Of a stretch of DNA of 64,000 bases, positions 36,963 through 50,563 are shown in pieces. Below the pieces are notes generated by a model. The model searched no databases and was not told the DNA's origin. It saw only the letters and a program-made list of their open reading frames with translations. The DNA is from Amoebidium appalachense (taxonomy: Eukaryota; Protista; Ichthyosporea). A program made the translations under genes and the position numbers. How positions within the stretch are numbered: the stretch's first letter is position 1; each line of letters begins with the position of its first letter. The DNA lies in contig CAVNZM010000016.1 of NCBI GenBank assembly GCA_963693365.1, forward strand, positions 2,343,984-2,407,983, in the 5' to 3' direction.

Positions 36963-37692
36963 GTGATATATCCAGGTTGATACTCAGGGCGAAAAACAGG
37001 ATATTTTCATAAGGCCCTAGCCCACCTAGCCAACATTCATCGGTGATCAGATGTAGCCTAACAGCATTCTTGGCATACCAAAGCTGCTACTAAATTCTCG
37101 GGGAATTTGCTCAAATATTTCGTGAACACGTTACAAGGATTGGATGAAAACGCACCATCAAAGGGATTGGCTGATGGCTCCTTGTTGTAGCCCTGCGAAT
37201 GTGCACTTTCTTCCTTTTTTCGCCAGCCATCATGCTCTGATATGTATTATAGTTAGTGCGCAATGCAATTCAGTACAGAGGACTGTACATTGATATAGTA
37301 TTATGATTGGGCTTTAGAAGGCACCTGAAGTAAGTTTAAAAAGATATTAGATAATACATATTGTGCATGTATCGCCAGAAACCCCTAATCAAGCTTCAAA
37401 AATAACTAGTGGCAGTCACTGCTCAACCGACTTGAAAGTCATACGCCAGATGCGCGAGTACAGTTCTGCCTGCTCACAGTGCTCACGTGACTCCGTGCCG
37501 CCATCAGCTCTGTAGGCGTTAGTCGCGTTACGACCGGATGATAAAACCTCCCTATCGCTAACGAAGAAGCTTATTTTTCTTGTCTTGTTGCCGAAACTTT
37601 GAGATGTTTGACTTGTGCATGTGTGCAACGATTCTGCCACCCACTTTCACCTTCGAATCCGGTGGGAGCGCAAGCACAAACAACATCTTATA

Positions 37693-39039
37693 ATGCACCT
37701 TTCACTTCAGCAAGTGTTTCTCCCTGGTGGTGAGCATGCATATGCCTCCGGGGCCACGGAGCAGGATTCGAGATTACACCAGCACACACAAGTGCAGTGG
37801 AAAAACACGAGACTCAGTGCCACACAGTCCATAAACACCTTTCAGAACGAGACCAGCAGCGGACATTCACCTGAAGGGATAGATGTCCATGTTTCCTCGT
37901 GCGCATCCCCACCCGAAACCATTTACGCTAGCGGGTTCCCCTTCAATGATTACGACGCAGAGAGCACCCCGCAGGCGCGCATGTCCACGCAATATCCGGA
38001 GTTTATGAACGTTAACAGCAAACACAGCCACATACCCATGATGTTGGGCACGCATGGGGACACGCAGGACGATTATTCGGACGAATGCTCCAACAAGCTG
38101 GACCCTTTCACCTCCGAGGCTCTCGACGTGATTGCAAACTTTCTTAACCTCTCTTGCACAGCCCCCATTCACCCCCTACACAACAGCAACGGTGTGTGTA
38201 GCGATGACGAAATCCTCCAGTTTTTCTCACAAATGTATCCAGTCCCAGTATCAGTTACTCCAAAACCCGCCACACCGCCACCCTATAGCGCGAGCTCGTT
38301 GGAAGATTTGCACGACGGAGCACGGAATGAGTTCGAAACTATGGAGTCTCCTGTCGTCTGCACACGACACAACCCCGTCACCAAGAATGATTATCACGGC
38401 GCTTACAGCCAGGAGCCGGAAATTTGTTTGGAAATGAGCCTGCACAAGAGCAAGAGTTCACATGGGCACCCAAACCCAAGCACATATTCCCTGCCTCCCC
38501 GTACCGTGACTATCGATTCATCCTTTTCCGACATGCCCACCATCGAATTCGGTACTGGCACCAATTCTCTGGGGAGCATCCAGGACGACCAATTTGTAAA
38601 TTGGCTTCTGAGCCAGGGTTCACTTTCAAAGACTCAGAGCTTTGACGGAAACCTCAAAAACGAGGCCGCATCGACAACTCCAAACTTTTTCACTAAGAAA
38701 ACAACACAAGCGTCGAATGCCCCCAGGGTAAACCGGGCCCCGCGACGAACCTCCGTCGGGGAAGGGAATGTGTGCCGTGGGTTGAAGATGAAACGGAGTA
38801 GCAGTTGTGATTCCGGTAACTTAAAGGGTAGAAGCAATACGATGTCCGTTGGCCGAAAAATGAGTATAGTGGCGTCGCCGCGCATGTTTGAGTGTATAGA
38901 GAGCGTGAATGGGTGCGACAAGGCGTATAATTCGTGGAAGAGTCTGAAGGTGCATATGCGCTACAAGCACCATCGGTACATCACACGCCACGAGTATTCG
39001 TTTATGCGGCCGGGCGAGGGTCAGCAGTCTGCGGCGTAA
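37693..39039 (+). CDS. Intronless protein with a disordered Ser/Pro/acidic N-terminus and one C-terminal C2H2 zinc finger (putative transcription factor)
   Basis: ~448-aa open frame from ATG 37693 with FECIESVNGCDKAYNSWKSLKVHMRYKHH. Collinear paralogue at 46393-47808. Confidence 0.85.
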   Translation: MHLSLQQVFLPGGEHAYASGATEQDSRLHQHTQVQWKNTRLSATQSINTFQNETSSGHSPEGIDVHVSSCASPPETIYASGFPFNDYDAESTPQARMSTQYPEFMNVNSKHSHIPMMLGTHGDTQDDYSDECSNKLDPFTSEALDVIANFLNLSCTAPIHPLHNSNGVCSDDEILQFFSQMYPVPVSVTPKPATPPPYSASSLEDLHDGARNEFETMESPVVCTRHNPVTKNDYHGAYSQEPEICLEMSLHKSKSSHGHPNPSTYSLPPRTVTIDSSFSDMPTIEFGTGTNSLGSIQDDQFVNWLLSQGSLSKTQSFDGNLKNEAASTTPNFFTKKTTQASNAPRVNRAPRRTSVGEGNVCRGLKMKRSSSCDSGNLKGRSNTMSVGRKMSIVASPRMFECIESVNGCDKAYNSWKSLKVHMRYKHHRYITRHEYSFMRPGEGQQSAA

Positions 39040-39891
39040 AAATTAAAAAATAAATGTATGTTAAATTTTAATTTCAAGTTGTAAACATTTGGTTGACAAG
39101 TAGAGTCTGTACGGTACAATGCTATAAAGTATGGTACTGCGGTAGTTAAAATGTAAAATGTAGAGTCAGAGACATATATGTACTAAATTAGGTGCTTTCC
39201 TGTTTAATTTTGGCATCTTAACGCAAATGTAATGATTAGTGACTTAGGCCTCAGTGAGGCAATATATTTGGTATATATTTAGTGTTGTATGCTGACCTTA
39301 GGCCAGCAAATTTTCTGGGTTAAATTATCCCAAATGCACTGTGAGCCTTTATAAGTATGGTCTTATGTACATTAATACAGAGCCTAGCTGATACACCGAT
39401 CAAAGCTATATATACTATAATAATTCTCGGTTTCTCCGGGTTCAAGTGGTCATACTGGTTCTGCCGTGGAAGGCTAACCTTTACTATGATACGATGTGAT
39501 AATAATTAACGTGACAGTCTGACTGACAAAAAAAAATAAAATTACCATCCTAATTCTTGTAACCTTTAGTACCGTCCTAATCTTCTCGCATGCCGGGCAG
39601 TAAGCGATTATTCGCACAGCTGTCTTCGGGCTGTCACGGTCGACACCAATTTATCATCCGAGTGAAAACAACAAAATTTGCAGTGATGGTGACAAAGACA
39701 TTTAAAGAAAATTTAAAAGTCAAACGTGACTATGTAATTATTGATGTGACATGCCATAGCACCGCATGTGGTACATGTAATTTTTGTGATTCACACCCTG
39801 TGCTTTTGCCTATGTAAGTTAAACGTGTTTTTAACGGTTAATATATGTACCCCCCAGTGCTTTTGCACTTCTATTCTCTCAAAACCCCTTC

Positions 39892-39929
<38 letters not shown>

Positions 39930-40011
39930 ATACACACACACACCCCACCCCCAACCTCAGCCCCAACCCCCTTCCCTGTTTCCCTGTTCCAACCCACCCA
40001 CCCCCCTTCCC

Positions 40012-40072
<61 letters not shown>

Positions 40073-40118
40073 ACACACACCTTCCTCGGATGCAGTTGTG
40101 ATCATGACCGTCCTGGCA

Positions 40119-40277
40119 TGAGGATAGGCAGTGCTTTGTTTACACACGAGGTGTTGCTGATGTTACATACTAAGTTACACGGCTTGAATGTTTGCCGTTC
40201 CTATGTCCTGCACTGCGGGTCGTGTTTCTTGTTGTGTATGTAGTTGTATATGGTGCCATCAGTGTTCCGCATTTTAA
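40119..40277 (+). mobile_element. Diverged CATTCAA-family repeat (subtype B)
   Basis: Blocks TGAGGATAGGC, TTGCTGATGTTACATAC, TTGAATGTTTGCC and GTGTTCCGCATT align with the 26700 copy. Confidence 0.5.
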
Positions 40278-40300
40278 CATTGTGAACCCTCTCCCCCAAA

Positions 40301-40332
<32 letters not shown>

Positions 40333-40685
40333 ACACACACACAGACACAGACACACACACACACACGTACACATACACATACACACGCCGTACTGTACAC
40401 ACAGCCCCACGGTACGGCCCATCCTTGCAACCCGATTGCACGGAGCCGAGCCTTTACATAATTGCCAGGTGTTTATGTTTTTTTATCTTTTTATTTTTTC
40501 TCTTTGCCCTCCAGCGTTTTGTTGCCAAGCCACCCCTTCACCCCTCTGAGTCTCCCCCCCTCCCCCCTCCCCCCCCGCGCCTCTATTTTATCTTTTTTTT
40601 TCTTTTTTTTTTTTTTCGTCGTTGTTGTTGCTATTGTTTGGTTGTGTGGTTGTGTGGGGATGGGTGGGGTTGAGAGGGGGGGGGG

Positions 40686-40721
<36 letters not shown>

Positions 40722-41183
40722 GGGGGGGGGGGGGGGGGGGGAGGGAGGAAGGGGACGCGGGGAAGGGAGGAAGGGAGCGCCGGGGGGGGGGGGGGGGGGG
40801 GGGGGAGGGTATTCGAGGAAACGTGGCATCGGATGGTCTTAGGTTTGAAAGCAAGGATGTGCCCGTGTTTAATGGGGCAGTGATGTGGTAATGTAGAATA
40901 TTAACATGAAATATCATATATTAGAATATAATTTGTCTGTAGCACACAGGGCATAACGGCAAGCAAGAAGCACGTGTGCATAACATGTACTTGCACGCCA
41001 TCACACACATATGGAAACAGCCCCCTCACCCCCCCCCCCCCCTTCCCTTCCCCTCCCCCTTCGAGCCCTCTCCCCCCCCCCCCTCCCCCTCCTCCCCCCA
41101 CCCCCCTCCTCACCACACGTGGCACACACCGTACACTCAGCTGTTGCATTCGCTTATGTGGTGCATTGATGAACACACAAACA

Positions 41184-41217
<34 letters not shown>

Positions 41218-41312
41218 AACAAAAAAACAAAAAAAAAGAAAACAAAACGTCAAAAGAAACGAAACCCATCATACATCTTCACTGCAGTATGAGGATGTAC
41301 ATACTGCATGCA

Positions 41313-41545
41313 GGGGTTTACGCTGTTAACTCTAGGCACAAGAGAGACTAGTCTCAGGCGGCAGAGGAGGGGAGGGGGGGGGGGGGGGGGGGGAAGGGGG
41401 GGTTGCTTGGTATATCCCCTCAACGTGAACATATCAGGTACATAAATGTCGGGTGATGTTCCATATCAGGAGGGTTTTCTTGCTTTATCAAGCACCATCT
41501 AAGAACTAACAAAAAAAAATCAATTAGTTGGGTACGGAACACGGT
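41313..41545 (-). mobile_element. Diverged stand-alone copy of the LINE family-1 3'-terminal segment
   Basis: GGGGTTTACGCTGTT...AGTCTCAGG...ATATCCCCTCA...ATGTCGGGTGA...CAATTAGTTGGG aligns with 30964-31150 and 35658-35850. Confidence 0.7.
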
Positions 41546-41596
41546 TTTTTTTTTTTCTTTTTTTTTTTTTCCCTTGGCGGAATGTCGTTATCTCCA

Positions 41597-41944
41597 CCTT
41601 CCTGTAGAACTGGTCTTTCTCTAACTGATGGTATTATTGATCAATTACCACGCTTTTACTGTACACGTGCTATACAGTGGAGATCTAATAAGTATAAGGT
41701 GGCATCGTTTGCATGCCCAAACAACACACACACACACCAGTTTAAACGGTCATGTATCGCCAAATGTAGTTTGATAGACCACATAATACCGCAACACACA
41801 CACGTCACATTCACAACAGACACCCAGAAAGATAGCCTACCTGTAAATTACAACATCCTTGATTTTATACTAAACACGCGAAACTACGACCTGTTTATTA
41901 GATGTATTGATTGGCTTGAGAAACACATCGCTACAAAATTCTAG

Positions 41945-42015
<71 letters not shown>

Positions 42016-42076
42016 ACAAACACACACACACACACACACACACAACCAGCTGATACCGAGCGTCCCAGGGGAGCCC

Positions 42077-42111
<35 letters not shown>

Positions 42112-42301
42112 GGGGAACCCCAACTAATTGATTTTTCTTAGTCTTTATGGTGTCTCGTAGAGAAAGTAAACCCTGATATATAGTCATCACCCGACATCTA
42201 TGTACGTGATCATGATATACCGCTGAGGGGATATTCCGAGCAAAAACCCCCCATACCTGAGACTGGTCTCTCTTTGCCTCGAGTAAACAGCGTAAACCCC
42301 C
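41597..42301 (+). mobile_element. 5'-truncated LINE (family 1)
   Basis: Encodes CRTGLSLTDGIIDQLPRFYC...EKHIATKF*, then (CA)n, an A run and the 190-nt tail. TSD ATCTCCA at 41590-41596 and 42302-42308. Confidence 0.92.
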
Positions 42302-42530
42302 ATCTCCATATGTGCATTGTTGGGTGGAATTACTGTTGGCCTTGGCGTGGGCACCTCATCCCAGCTCACATGCATGCCGATCATATAAAGCAACCCCCCC
42401 CTCCCCCCCTCCCCCCCCCCCCCCCCCCCCCAACACACACATACACACCACACACACAAATGTGCACGCAAGCACACACACGTAAGAACGCACACACGCA
42501 CGCACTGCGGCACACACACATGCACACACA

Positions 42531-42652
<122 letters not shown>

Positions 42653-42774
42653 GTCGAAGGGTTCATCGCAACCTCATCGCCATAGGTTTTGAACACGTCA
42701 TCGGCAACTTGATCAGCATTCCAGATCCAAGGAACGAGAAAAATACCGGATAATCAATCCCGAAAGCCCAAAAC

Positions 42775-42815
<41 letters not shown>

Positions 42816-42841
42816 AAAAAAAAAAAGAAAAGAAAAAAAAT

Positions 42842-42886
<45 letters not shown>

Positions 42887-43011
42887 TAATATAGAATGGG
42901 AATCACCATAATGCTGCACATGCTCTGTTTCAAAATCGGCAATGTGTTGTCAATGGTCAAATGTGCACTTTTTGCTCTGTAACGCATGCAAACCCCCCCC
43001 CCCCCCCCCTC

Positions 43012-43107
<96 letters not shown>

Positions 43108-43879
43108 GTGCACACACACACACACACAAGCTTTTCTGTGTTCCCATTCCTCCTTGCCTCCCTATCGCCATCACAAGCTTATCCACATAAACTTCATTGT
43201 TGGAAAGCTCACGGATCGAGAGGCTCGACTAACACGGCATACATTTTATGGCTAACACAACCCCCCCCCCCCACCCCACAACCCGAGAGGTTGTATGCAT
43301 GGCGTTTTTGTTAGAAACACACACACACACACACTGACAGACACAAACGCACAAACACACACACACACACGTCTCTCTTTCTCCCCCCCCCCCCCCCTCC
43401 CCAACCCCCACAATTCCCTCCCTCCCTCCCTCCTTCTCCCTTTCTCTCTCGCAGTCTCACCCTCGCCCTTTCCCTCCCCCCCCTCCCTTCCCTCCCCCCC
43501 CCCCCCTCCCCCTCCCGGCCCCCCGCATCTATCCTCTCGGGGGTTGTGTTGTGGTGGTGGTGGGGCAGGACGGAGGCACCGATGGGGCTTGTGTGTGTGG
43601 TGGTGGTGGTGATGGGGTGGGGGGGGGGGGGGAGGGGGGGGGGGGGGAGAGGCGGGGGGAGGGGGGGGGGGGGGGGGGCGGGGAAATAGCGTGATGAGGA
43701 GCAGAGTTTCGATTTTTCTTGTTTAAAAGTTATAGGCAATAATGTCCTATGCTACACCTAAAGGGAGACATCAACGAGTTTTAAAGAAACATGAAGTACA
43801 CCACCCACACACATGCACCTACACACCCACAAACACGCACGTACGAATAAAAGCATGTGCAACCCGCAACACACACACA

Positions 43880-43952
43880 CACATCCACACACATTCCTTT
43901 ACTCGCGCACTCACACTCATACCCTCACACTGTGGGGACGCTCGCGCGCGCG

Positions 43953-43990
<38 letters not shown>

Positions 43991-44100
43991 ACACACGCAC
44001 GCACACACACACACACACACACGCACACACACCCACACACATTCCTTTACTCGCGCACTCACACTCATACCCTCACACTGTGGGGACGCTCGCGCGCGCG

Positions 44101-44140
<40 letters not shown>

Positions 44141-44190
44141 ACACACGCACGCACACACACACACACACACACGCACACACACACACACAC
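43880..44190. repeat. Tandem duplication, ~148-bp unit embedded in (CA)n
   Basis: CACATTCCTTTACTCGCGCACTCACACTCATACCCTCACACTGTGGGGACGCTCGCGCGCGCGGCAAAC at ~43890 and ~44038. Confidence 0.9.
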
Positions 44191-44233
44191 GCACATGCAC
44201 GCAAACACACGCACACACACACACACACACTGT

Positions 44234-44326
<93 letters not shown>

Positions 44327-45076
44327 AGGAGTCACTACCGTATGCGCAGTACAACTAGTAACCGGGGGGTGACTGATATTGAGATACCAACAATGGTGGG
44401 TGGACATTCAAGATTCTCCCCCCCCCCCCCCCCCCCTTCCCCACCCCTCGCCTCCCCCCTTCCCCCCCTCCCCCCTCCCCCTCCACACACACACACACAC
44501 ACACAAACACCACCACCACCATGACCACGGCCGGCCACCACAACCACGAACCGTTAACCCCTCTTTCGAACCCACCCCCCTCCCCCCACCCCCCTCCAAC
44601 CACCACCCCCCCACCCCCACACCCTATCGACCGGGAAATTTCAGAACATCACACTTACAATAAGTCTATCATCACGGTCCCCCCCAAAATCAAGATCGTA
44701 ATCATTCGCCTATGTCCAAACTTTCAATTCGCCTATAATAATTTCCACTGGTTTCAAGTGCTTATGATCTTAATGTCGCTGAGTCCGACCCACAGTAAGG
44801 TCATCATGCCGCCACCGTGGCAAGTTTACACCCCCCTTCTTCTTTTTTTTTTTCTCCCTCCAACACGTCGATTCATGCTTACAATGCTACGCATTCCTCG
44901 AGTTTTTTCAGCAAACTTTCCTGGGTCAGGAGGCTGTACGTGGCGTATCCTGCCTTTGCCCTTGAATTTGTCTCCATTTTTTTATCACTTTCTCTGTGCG
45001 TCAGCGGAGAGATACTATTCTGTATCACTACCGTCGGTGGTGACACGGTGGTGGTGGTGGTGGTGGTGGTGGTGAT

Positions 45077-45108
<32 letters not shown>

Positions 45109-46392
45109 GGGGAGAGGGGGGGGGGGGGGACAGGAAAGAAGGGGACTCCCCGGTCGGAAAAGAGCAAAAAGAAACTTTGGCATTTATTTCGGTTTTTTTT
45201 TCAAGCGAGAAAATTAAAAACAATAAAAGAATAACGTCCGACACCGCCGGGAAGAAGAGCCTAAGGAAACAAGTCACAAAGTGAGCAAATTCATGCTCCG
45301 AGTCGGGCAGTGCATAAATGCACTGTATATCCCGACTTTTTTGTTGTTTTATTCGAACATTTTTTTGCACACAAAAACTACCCGCCAAAATTTCCATACA
45401 TGGCTAATCAGCCTATCAGTTATATCGGGCGCCAATTATAGGTCAATGCAATTTTTTTTGAGATTGCGATATTCCCATTCTTGTTGTTTTATAATACCCC
45501 GATGATTAAGGTCCTGAAGCACCTGAGGCACGAATAATATTTGACAAAAACTCGACACATAGGCCACCACTGCATGCCGTCACTTTACTAATACCGTAGT
45601 AATACTTTCAAATTTTGCTTTCTTTTCTCAATGAATGAGACGAGGTGTGGTTGAGTCACTGCTGGGCTTCAATAATTCAGTTGGGCCAAATTAAATCTCA
45701 GGCCACCATGTGAGCCGTGTAAGGCTTTTATTAGGACCTGTAGTACGGTACGCAACATTTTTAAATTAAATCTAGAGGGCCTATCAGAGCTTGTACATGT
45801 ATATTGTAGTTATACTGGGTCACAGTAATTGCCCGAGAAATAGAACTGAGCACATAATAGTGTCAGGCCGTGAGCGCTAATTATTGGACAGAACCTGATG
45901 TCACGGAGCCTAATAATTGCAGAACAATTATGACCGTGTCCCAGAAAAAAAAGGATTGGCTAGTATAAATCAGGCAGATCTATCAATATAAGCCATCAAT
46001 GACACACATAATTATTAATTGTATAGTATAAATTAGGCGGCTCTATCGATATCATAAACATACGTACCGTGACTTTTTTGGCATTGTGGAATTTTGGCAT
46101 TGTGGAATTATGCAAGCCTATACACTAAACAAAATTCATATGCTCGAGACTGGCCGTTGCAAAGTCCCAAATCTTTGGATCATCAGTAGCTTAAACTTTG
46201 CCACATTCAGACAGGGTCACGTGCGGCACCTAATATTGCCATTTATTCAAGATGTGTTTACCGTACCATGTATACATAAAAATATGCCATGCAGGCTAAG
46301 GTAATCATACTTATCGAAATTGCACATTCAGCTCAGCATTGCCAGTGATAACATGTTGACCCTCGTCAAAAAAAAAAAAAAAAAAAAAAACC

Positions 46393-47808
46393 TTATGCCC
46401 CGGACTGCTGGCCCAGGCCTGGCCGCAGGAACGAATACTCGTGGCGTGTGATGTACCGATGGTGCTTGTAGCGCATATGCACCTTCAGACTCTTCCACGT
46501 ATCATACCCCTTGTCGCACCCATTCACGCTCTCTATACACTCAAACATGCATCCCGTGCGCGGAGACCACCCCTCAAGGCTCATCTTCCGGCCAACAGAC
46601 ATTGCACCGGAATCGCAACTGCTACTCCGTTTCATCTTCAACCCACGGCACACACTCCCTTCTCCGACGGAGCCTCTAGAAGTTCGCCGCGGGGCCTCCG
46701 GTTGGTTTGCCCCTGGGCAGTTTGACGCCTGCGAATTTTTCTGGGAGAAAGAGTTTGGAGAGGTGGATATCGATGTTGCTGTTGCCGCGTCGTTTTGATG
46801 TCCATTAGAGCTCTTCGGGTCCTGGCTTAGCAGCCAATTGACGAAGAATTCATCCTGAATGCTCCCTAAGGAAGGAGTCCACGTGGTTCCGATGGTGGGC
46901 GTGTCAGAAACGGATGAATCGATGGATGTGGTGCGAGGAGGTAACGAATATTTGCTCAGTGGGTTCAAATTGGCCCGGGGGTCACCGTGTGAACTCTTGC
47001 TCTTGTGAAAACTCATTCGTGTCTCCTCGAGATGGCTGTGTGTGCAGTCGTTATAATTATTGGTGATGGTGTTGTGTCGTGTGAAGACGACGGGGGACTC
47101 CATTTCAAAATCCGGTGGCACTGCGCTGTCGTGCAAATCCTCAAACGAACTCGTGTAGCACGCGGGTGACGGCTGCGCGGGCTCCTCCTGAGTTAATACG
47201 CCCAGGACCGAATGGATTTGTGACAAAAGCTGAAGAATTTCATTGTCGCTACACACATCTTGGCTGTTGTGACGGGGAGGGATGGAGGCCGCTGCAGTTG
47301 TGCAAGGGAGGCTATTAAGGAAGTTTGCAATCACCTCGAGAGCTCCGGCTGTGAGAGTGTCTGTAAGCTCGTTGGAGCATTCTTCTGAATTTTCGTGCTG
47401 TGTGTCCCCACGCACGCTCAACATGGGCATGTGGCTGTGCTTGCTGTTATTAGCGTTCATGAATCCCGGATGGCATTGGGTGAACGTGTGTGTCTGCGTC
47501 TGCGGGGTGCTCCCCCTCCCTGCGTTGTAATCATTGAAGGGGAATCCGCTAGCGTAAACGGTTTCGGGTGTGGAGGTACAGGAGGAAATATGGATGTGTG
47601 TAACAGTTGAAGCCTCAGGTGAATGTCTGCTGGTCTTGTTCTGAAAAACATCATTGGTGTTTATGAACTGTGTGGCTTTGAAATTAGTGTATTTCCACTG
47701 TGTGTGATGGTGTAAACTCTGTTCCCTAGAGGCATATGCATGCCCGCCATCGGGGAGAAACACTTGCTGGCTATGGCCAGATGCATGGCCATGGAGTGAA
47801 ACTTGCAT
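46393..47808 (-). CDS. Intronless C2H2 zinc-finger protein, paralogue of 37693-39039
   Basis: ~471-aa frame from ATG 47808. Shared blocks QQVFLP.GG.AYAS, YASGFPFNDY, LEVIANFLN, SLGSIQD..FVNWLLSQ, CRGLKMKRSSSCDSG and FECIESVNGCDKGYDTWKSLKVHMRYKHH. Confidence 0.87.
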   Translation of the reverse strand: MQVSLHGHASGHSQQVFLPDGGHAYASREQSLHHHTQWKYTNFKATQFINTNDVFQNKTSRHSPEASTVTHIHISSCTSTPETVYASGFPFNDYNAGRGSTPQTQTHTFTQCHPGFMNANNSKHSHMPMLSVRGDTQHENSEECSNELTDTLTAGALEVIANFLNSLPCTTAAASIPPRHNSQDVCSDNEILQLLSQIHSVLGVLTQEEPAQPSPACYTSSFEDLHDSAVPPDFEMESPVVFTRHNTITNNYNDCTHSHLEETRMSFHKSKSSHGDPRANLNPLSKYSLPPRTTSIDSSVSDTPTIGTTWTPSLGSIQDEFFVNWLLSQDPKSSNGHQNDAATATSISTSPNSFSQKNSQASNCPGANQPEAPRRTSRGSVGEGSVCRGLKMKRSSSCDSGAMSVGRKMSLEGWSPRTGCMFECIESVNGCDKGYDTWKSLKVHMRYKHHRYITRHEYSFLRPGLGQQSGA

Positions 47809-49559
47809 GATTTCGTCGTTTGTAGGAGCGCTTGCGCGGCTAATTAGAAGACGGAACTCATTAAACTGGCACACACGTCAAACTTGTTAAAAGTTTTGAA
47901 AGAAATGGGTCCCAGCGAAAAAATAGTGAGCTTCAGGCTGGTTTTAGCTGCTGGCTTTATCATCGCCGAGTCCCGACGTGACTCTGAGCCGCCTGATGCA
48001 AAACTTGATTGGTGGTGCACATGAGCCAGGCATGTGCATGCAGAACCCTCAAACAGCGGTTGGTGACTTAACCCCTACATAAATAAAAAACCTATTTTCG
48101 AACGCTGGCGGCAAGAGGATGCCCGGGATTCACGGATTCCAACCCTGGAATAGATCGGCTTATAAGTGCATCAATCCGATTTCAACGTTTTTACGGGGAT
48201 TCACATCAGTACGTAACTGTCTTAAAAGAAACCCCGCCGGCGCCGCCGCGGTTGGCAAAATCGACACAAATCACGTGTTCATAACACGTGCGGACATTAG
48301 GAACACGCCGTTTTTTTATGGGACACAAAGAATAACATATGAACATGTGCTTGGTGCATCTTTGTCCACTTTGGCCGCCTGTAATGATTCTTTTCTATTT
48401 TTCAAAGCTGGCAGGGTTGGGCTGGTGTTGGCCAGCTTAACCGTATTGTCCTTTGGCCAATCGTAACGGACAGTTTCTTAATCGTAACGGGGGGGGTTCT
48501 TGGGGATCTGCAAGCCCAGCTAAAAACGCCCCTCCAGTCATAAAACTCAAAATACGCGTTTTTACAGATTAAATATCGCAACATTACAAGCCCTTGGACA
48601 CTTGTCGGGGTTCGATATTGCTCATGAGGCGCGGTAGAGATGTTCTTGAACAGAAATATTGAAAAAATTAGGTACAGTTAAAGGGGGCCTTAAAGCGTTT
48701 ATAATGCTATACTGATGCGAAAGCTGTTACGACGGCACCCTAACCTTATTCGTATCGGGGTCTTTCGTTAATCGTAATCACGACGATTTTTTCTTTGTAA
48801 CCCCCCCCCCTGAAAGCTGGTCGATTTTGGCCTTCGGGCGAACGACTCGGGGTTAAGCTTCCGGAGAGAGAAGGGATGGCGCGATTGCAGGGCAGCTCAG
48901 GTTTCGGGAGCTCGAGGCTTGCAGTTTATGCACAAAATGCAATCATTATAAAGTTTGGCCTTACTGACTAACGTAGATGCATTTTAACACTTAATCATAT
49001 TATGTACAGTTTTTACAGCGTTACGCGTACACGGTTCTCGCTCATTTACAAAAACTGATCGATCCACTCACTGACTGTCAGTCGGCCCTGAATGGGTACA
49101 GCCTGTCCTCGAAAGCTCGAAAAGTTTCCCTGACATTTTAGGTTATAGCCACCGATTTTTGGCAACCAATCGCTCAAGTTGAGCAAACAAAAACAAAAAC
49201 AAAAAAGAAAAAAAAGAAAGAAAAAAAGCCATCAGCCAAAAACATGACTCGCAGATTCCGAAGTGACCTGTGATTGGCTACAGTAAGGAGAATCGGCCAA
49301 TAGCTGCGATGGTGCGCTTTTATCTAATCGAAATCTGGTTTCGAATTCGGCTGAGCCTGATTACGTAACGTTGCCTAGGCTATGTAGAAGCTTTGGTATG
49401 TAAAGAATGCTGTTACATCGATTTCAATTGGAGGGAATGAAACCTGATGATTGCAATTATCACAGCCTGGTCACACAAACAAGCACCCAATAGATGAGCA
49501 GCTTGGCACCTTGTGTGCCTTGTGTCACAAGTTGTGTCACTTGTGTGCACACAAATAAT

Positions 49560-49812
49560 CAGGGTGTGAAATTTGTTTTTGGCTAGTGTCATTTGGCGGT
49601 AACTTTCCACCAGCCTGGACGGCCCCCACAGAGCTAACAACCGTTTTTAGGTGGTATTTTTTTCTCCTTTTGACTCGGTGTATTTTCTTCTATATTTGTC
49701 TCTGTTAGGGCCAATTTTTGGAAATTTGATAGATCTAACCTCAAAAGTTCGGAACAATTTTCGGACTTTTAGGGGCAATTTTCTGGCCCAAAACCTTGAA
49801 TTTCACAGCCTG
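49560..49812. mobile_element. MITE with CAGG(G/C)TGTGAAATT TIRs
   Basis: CAGGGTGTGAAATT at 49560 and AATTTCACAGCCTG ending 49812 (13/14 match). No clear TSD. Confidence 0.6.
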
Positions 49813-50563
49813 CCGTGAATGTGATGTACGTACAGACTGAAGAACCGCCCACGGATACTGGCCTGCCTTATGTATACAGTAGCGGCTCCATGCTATGATA
49901 GGCCTACGCATGGGATTTTACCCGTTCTCCCAAAGACTCCAAGTTCAACACAAATAAGCCGAACTTCCATTGATTATTTATTACAACACCCACCTCTTCA
50001 AATGGGATTTGTCATTCGACACTAGGACATGCGAACTAAACAACGTTAACGATTGGTCGACAAAACATTTGAGGCATGCCCCGGGTGACGGACGTCGACC
50101 GTCGGATATATCATGCAACCTTATGCAAGCATGCGGCAACCGTTATCATGCATACACAACCCTATAAAGGCTTCATAGGTCTACCAACTTTTCCCGATAT
50201 TCGTCTACTGAATACAAGTGCACTAATAAAAATTAATTACGAAAGTTGTTTCTCATAATCCGTAATGCCGTTAATTTTTTCTGCAATGCTTTGTTATGAA
50301 GTAGATACATATATGCTATGGAAACAAGGACCGTCTCGCTATTAAGGGATACGGGATCGCGCGGCTCGAATACTTTCTGGCGCCGCTCAGATCGATATCT
50401 ATCTGGATTGAGTGGGCTTGATCTGCATATTGGGCACCTAAGATCGTGTGGCCGAGCTATACCATGTACACACGGCATGCCACACACGTGTCCGGACAAA
50501 ACTGCGCTGCACATTTTTCATGAAGGCGGGTTGTTTTCTAACTATATATGTTAGGCACTCACA

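Noticed and set aside
41313-42301. DIRS-like or TIR transposon with long inverted termini
   Set aside because: The inner LINE copy has its own TSD, the RT is non-LTR type, and no tyrosine recombinase is present.
46368-46390. Poly-A tail marking the zinc-finger gene as a retrocopy
   Set aside because: The run is poly-T on the gene's sense strand, and upstream motifs are shared with the paralogue.
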